Made by a program: the position numbers and the translations under genes
Source of the DNA: Desulfobacterales bacterium
Lineage (GTDB): Bacteria > Desulfobacterota > Desulfobacteria > Desulfobacterales > UBA2174
Length of the DNA: 64,000 nucleotides
Assembly: GCA_963668645.2 (NCBI GenBank)
Contig: CAXXWC010000003.1
Location: 416,001 to 480,000 of the forward strand
Direction of reading: 5' to 3'
Shown: positions 62,003 to 64,000 of the stretch, piece by piece
How positions within the stretch are numbered: the stretch's first letter is position 1
How the letters are laid out: every line of letters starts with the position of its first letter
The notes under the pieces: generated by a model
The model's input: only the letters and a program-made list of their open reading frames with translations
Databases searched by the model: none
What the model was told of the DNA's origin: nothing

Positions 62003-64000
62003 TCAGCTATTAACACGTAGGCCAATTTCATGCAACAGGTTTTTGGTTTCGACAATGGGACCGAGCCCATCCCCGCGGTCAAGGGTGACCCGCAGCACCT
62101 GGTCCGGGCTCAGAACAAAGCGCTCCGGCGCCTGCTGAATCATGCGCACCAGGGCCGCGGGATTCTTTTGGTGCGTTTCTGAAAAAGCCAGCTGCAGCTG
62201 CCGGCCGGCCAGATCGAGGCGGCGCACCCCGGCCTGCTCGGCAAGGACCTTGAGCATGATTTTGGCCAGCAGGTGTTTCCCCTCTTCGGGCAAAGAACCG
62301 AAGCGATCGGTCAACTCGGCCTTAATGTCGTTGATCTCCTTCAGGCTACGCACGCGCGACAAGCGCCGATAGGTCATCAGCCGCTGATCGATGTCCGGCA
62401 GGTAGGTTTCTGGCAAGAAGGCTGTCAGGGGTACATTGATTTCGGGAACCAGCCGCTCGACGCGCACTTCCCCCTTCAGTTCGTCCATGGCCTGTTCCAT
62501 CAAATCGAGAAACAGGTCGTAGCCCACCGCTGCGATATGGCCGCTTTGGGATGCACCGAGAATCGTTCCGCCGCCCCGGATCCGCAGATCGTTCATGGCG
62601 ATTTGGAAACCGGCGCCCAAATCGCTGTGCTCCATCAACACCTTGAGCCGCTTCTGGGCATCGGCGGTGAGCAGACTGTCCGGCGGGATGATCAGGTAGG
62701 CATAAGCCTGAACGTCCGAGCGACCTACCCGACCTCTGAGCTGGTAAATCTGGGATAGACCGAAACGGTCGGCGCGATTGATCAGCAGGGTGTTGGCCGC
62801 CGGGATGTCCAGTCCCGATTCGATGATGGTGGTACACACGAGAAGGTCAATCTCATGGGAGACGAAACGCATCATGACGGTTTCCAGAGCGGCAGCATCC
62901 ATCTGGCCGTGGGCCACGTCAAGACGCACCTCCGGAACCATGGCCTTGATGCGCCCGGCCATGCGGTCGATGTTGCCGACGTTGTTGTGGACGAAAAAAA
63001 TCTGTCCGCCCCGGCCAAGCTCCTTGCGAATGGCTTCGGCGATGAGGGTTTCGTCGAACTCACAGACGTAGGTCACGATGGAACGCCGCTGTTCGGGCGG
63101 GGTGGAGATCACCGAAATGTCCCGGATGCCCATCAACGACAGATGCAAGGTACGGGGGATGGGTGTGGCGGTCAACGCCAGGACGTCGACGTTCTGGCGC
63201 AGTTGCTTGAGCCGCTCTTTGTGGCGCACGCCGAACCGCTGCTCCTCGTCCAGGATCACCAGGCCGAGGTCTTTGAAAACCACGTCCTTTTGCAACAGCC
63301 GATGGGTACCGATGACGATGTCGAGCCGGCCGTCCTGCAAGTCGGCAAGGATTTGGCGCTGGATCCGCGGCGGGCGGAAGCGACTCAGGCAGGCCACTTG
63401 GACCGGCTGGCGGGCAAAACGCCGCTGGAACGTCTCGTAATGCTGCTCGGCCAGCACCGTGGTGGGTACCAGCATGGCGACCTGCCGGCCGGCGTTGACC
63501 GCCACGAAGGAAGCGCGCAGGGCCACTTCAGTTTTGCCGTACCCCACATCCCCGCATACCAACCGGTCCATGGGGGTCGACGACTGCATATCGGCCAGGA
63601 CCTCGTCGATGGCCTTGAGCTGATCTTCGGTCTCCTCATAGGCAAAACCGGCCTCAAAACTGCGATAATCGCTGTCGGGCGGATCATAGACCTGCCCTTG
63701 GATGACGCGCCTGGCGGCGTATAGATCGAGCAGCTCGCCGGCAATCCGTTCCACCGAGCGGCGCACCTTGGCCTTGACCTTTTCCCAGCTGCGGCCGCCC
63801 ATCTTGTCCAGCACCGGCGCGATGCCATCGACGCCCATGTACTTTTGAATCGTCTCCATGCGGTCGATGGGCAGATAAAGCCGGTCACCGTCACGGTAAA
63901 CGATCAGCAGGTAGTCGTTGGTATGCCCTTCCAGGCGCAGCTTGGTCAGCCCTTCGTAACGCCCGATTCCGTGATCCACGTGCACCACCAGATCCCCCTG
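62003..64000 (-). CDS. mfd: Transcription-repair coupling factor (5' part beyond the right edge)
   Basis: VHVDHGIGRY, MDRLVCGDVGYGKTEVA, DEEQRFGV, TATPIPRTL, QLRGRVGRS, C-terminal TRCF domain. Confidence 0.98.
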   Translation of the reverse strand, partial: QGDLVVHVDHGIGRYEGLTKLRLEGHTNDYLLIVYRDGDRLYLPIDRMETIQKYMGVDGIAPVLDKMGGRSWEKVKAKVRRSVERIAGELLDLYAARRVIQGQVYDPPDSDYRSFEAGFAYEETEDQLKAIDEVLADMQSSTPMDRLVCGDVGYGKTEVALRASFVAVNAGRQVAMLVPTTVLAEQHYETFQRRFARQPVQVACLSRFRPPRIQRQILADLQDGRLDIVIGTHRLLQKDVVFKDLGLVILDEEQRFGVRHKERLKQLRQNVDVLALTATPIPRTLHLSLMGIRDISVISTPPEQRRSIVTYVCEFDETLIAEAIRKELGRGGQIFFVHNNVGNIDRMAGRIKAMVPEVRLDVAHGQMDAAALETVMMRFVSHEIDLLVCTTIIESGLDIPAANTLLINRADRFGLSQIYQLRGRVGRSDVQAYAYLIIPPDSLLTADAQKRLKVLMEHSDLGAGFQIAMNDLRIRGGGTILGASQSGHIAAVGYDLFLDLMEQAMDELKGEVRVERLVPEINVPLTAFLPETYLPDIDQRLMTYRRLSRVRSLKEINDIKAELTDRFGSLPEEGKHLLAKIMLKVLAEQAGVRRLDLAGRQLQLAFSETHQKNPAALVRMIQQAPERFVLSPDQVLRVTLDRGDGLGPIVETKNLLHEIGLRVNS

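Overview
A GC-rich bacterial chromosome segment. Gene content (AhbC/AhbD haem synthesis, SMC-FtsY, glyQS, rho-rpmE-prfA-prmC) points to a sulfate-reducing Desulfobacterota/deltaproteobacterium; this is inference. Most of the window is housekeeping: purL (partial), rseP-dxr-cdsA-uppS-frr-pyrH-tsf-rpsB, prmC-prfA-rpmE-rho, adk, rpsU-folC-tRNA-Arg, PPi-PFK, a polar amino-acid ABC transporter, smc-ftsY, glyQS, recO-rodZ-surA-mfd (partial). The main accessory block (about 19.3-38.0 kb) lies between ahbC and hemB/ahbD. It is a LacI-controlled, 15-gene catabolic unit built around a GcvPA/GcvPB pair whose glycine-decarboxylase motifs are systematically rewritten and which has no H, T or L partner genes nearby. 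The block also encodes an AcoX/ATP-NAD-kinase-family protein, an M20 amidohydrolase, two LIV-type ABC transporters, a UcpA-like SDR and a Zn-dehydrogenase; both divergent promoters and two copies of a candidate LacI operator can be read from the DNA. Other oddities are an NAD-dependent DNA ligase with an apparent Sec signal peptide and an extra HhH-like repeat, a ClpX paralogue lacking the zinc domain with a duplicated C-terminal subdomain, and a roughly 360-nt rho leader with a rut-like tract. No integrase, transposase, CRISPR array or rRNA was seen. All calls come from reading motifs by eye; no database search was run.
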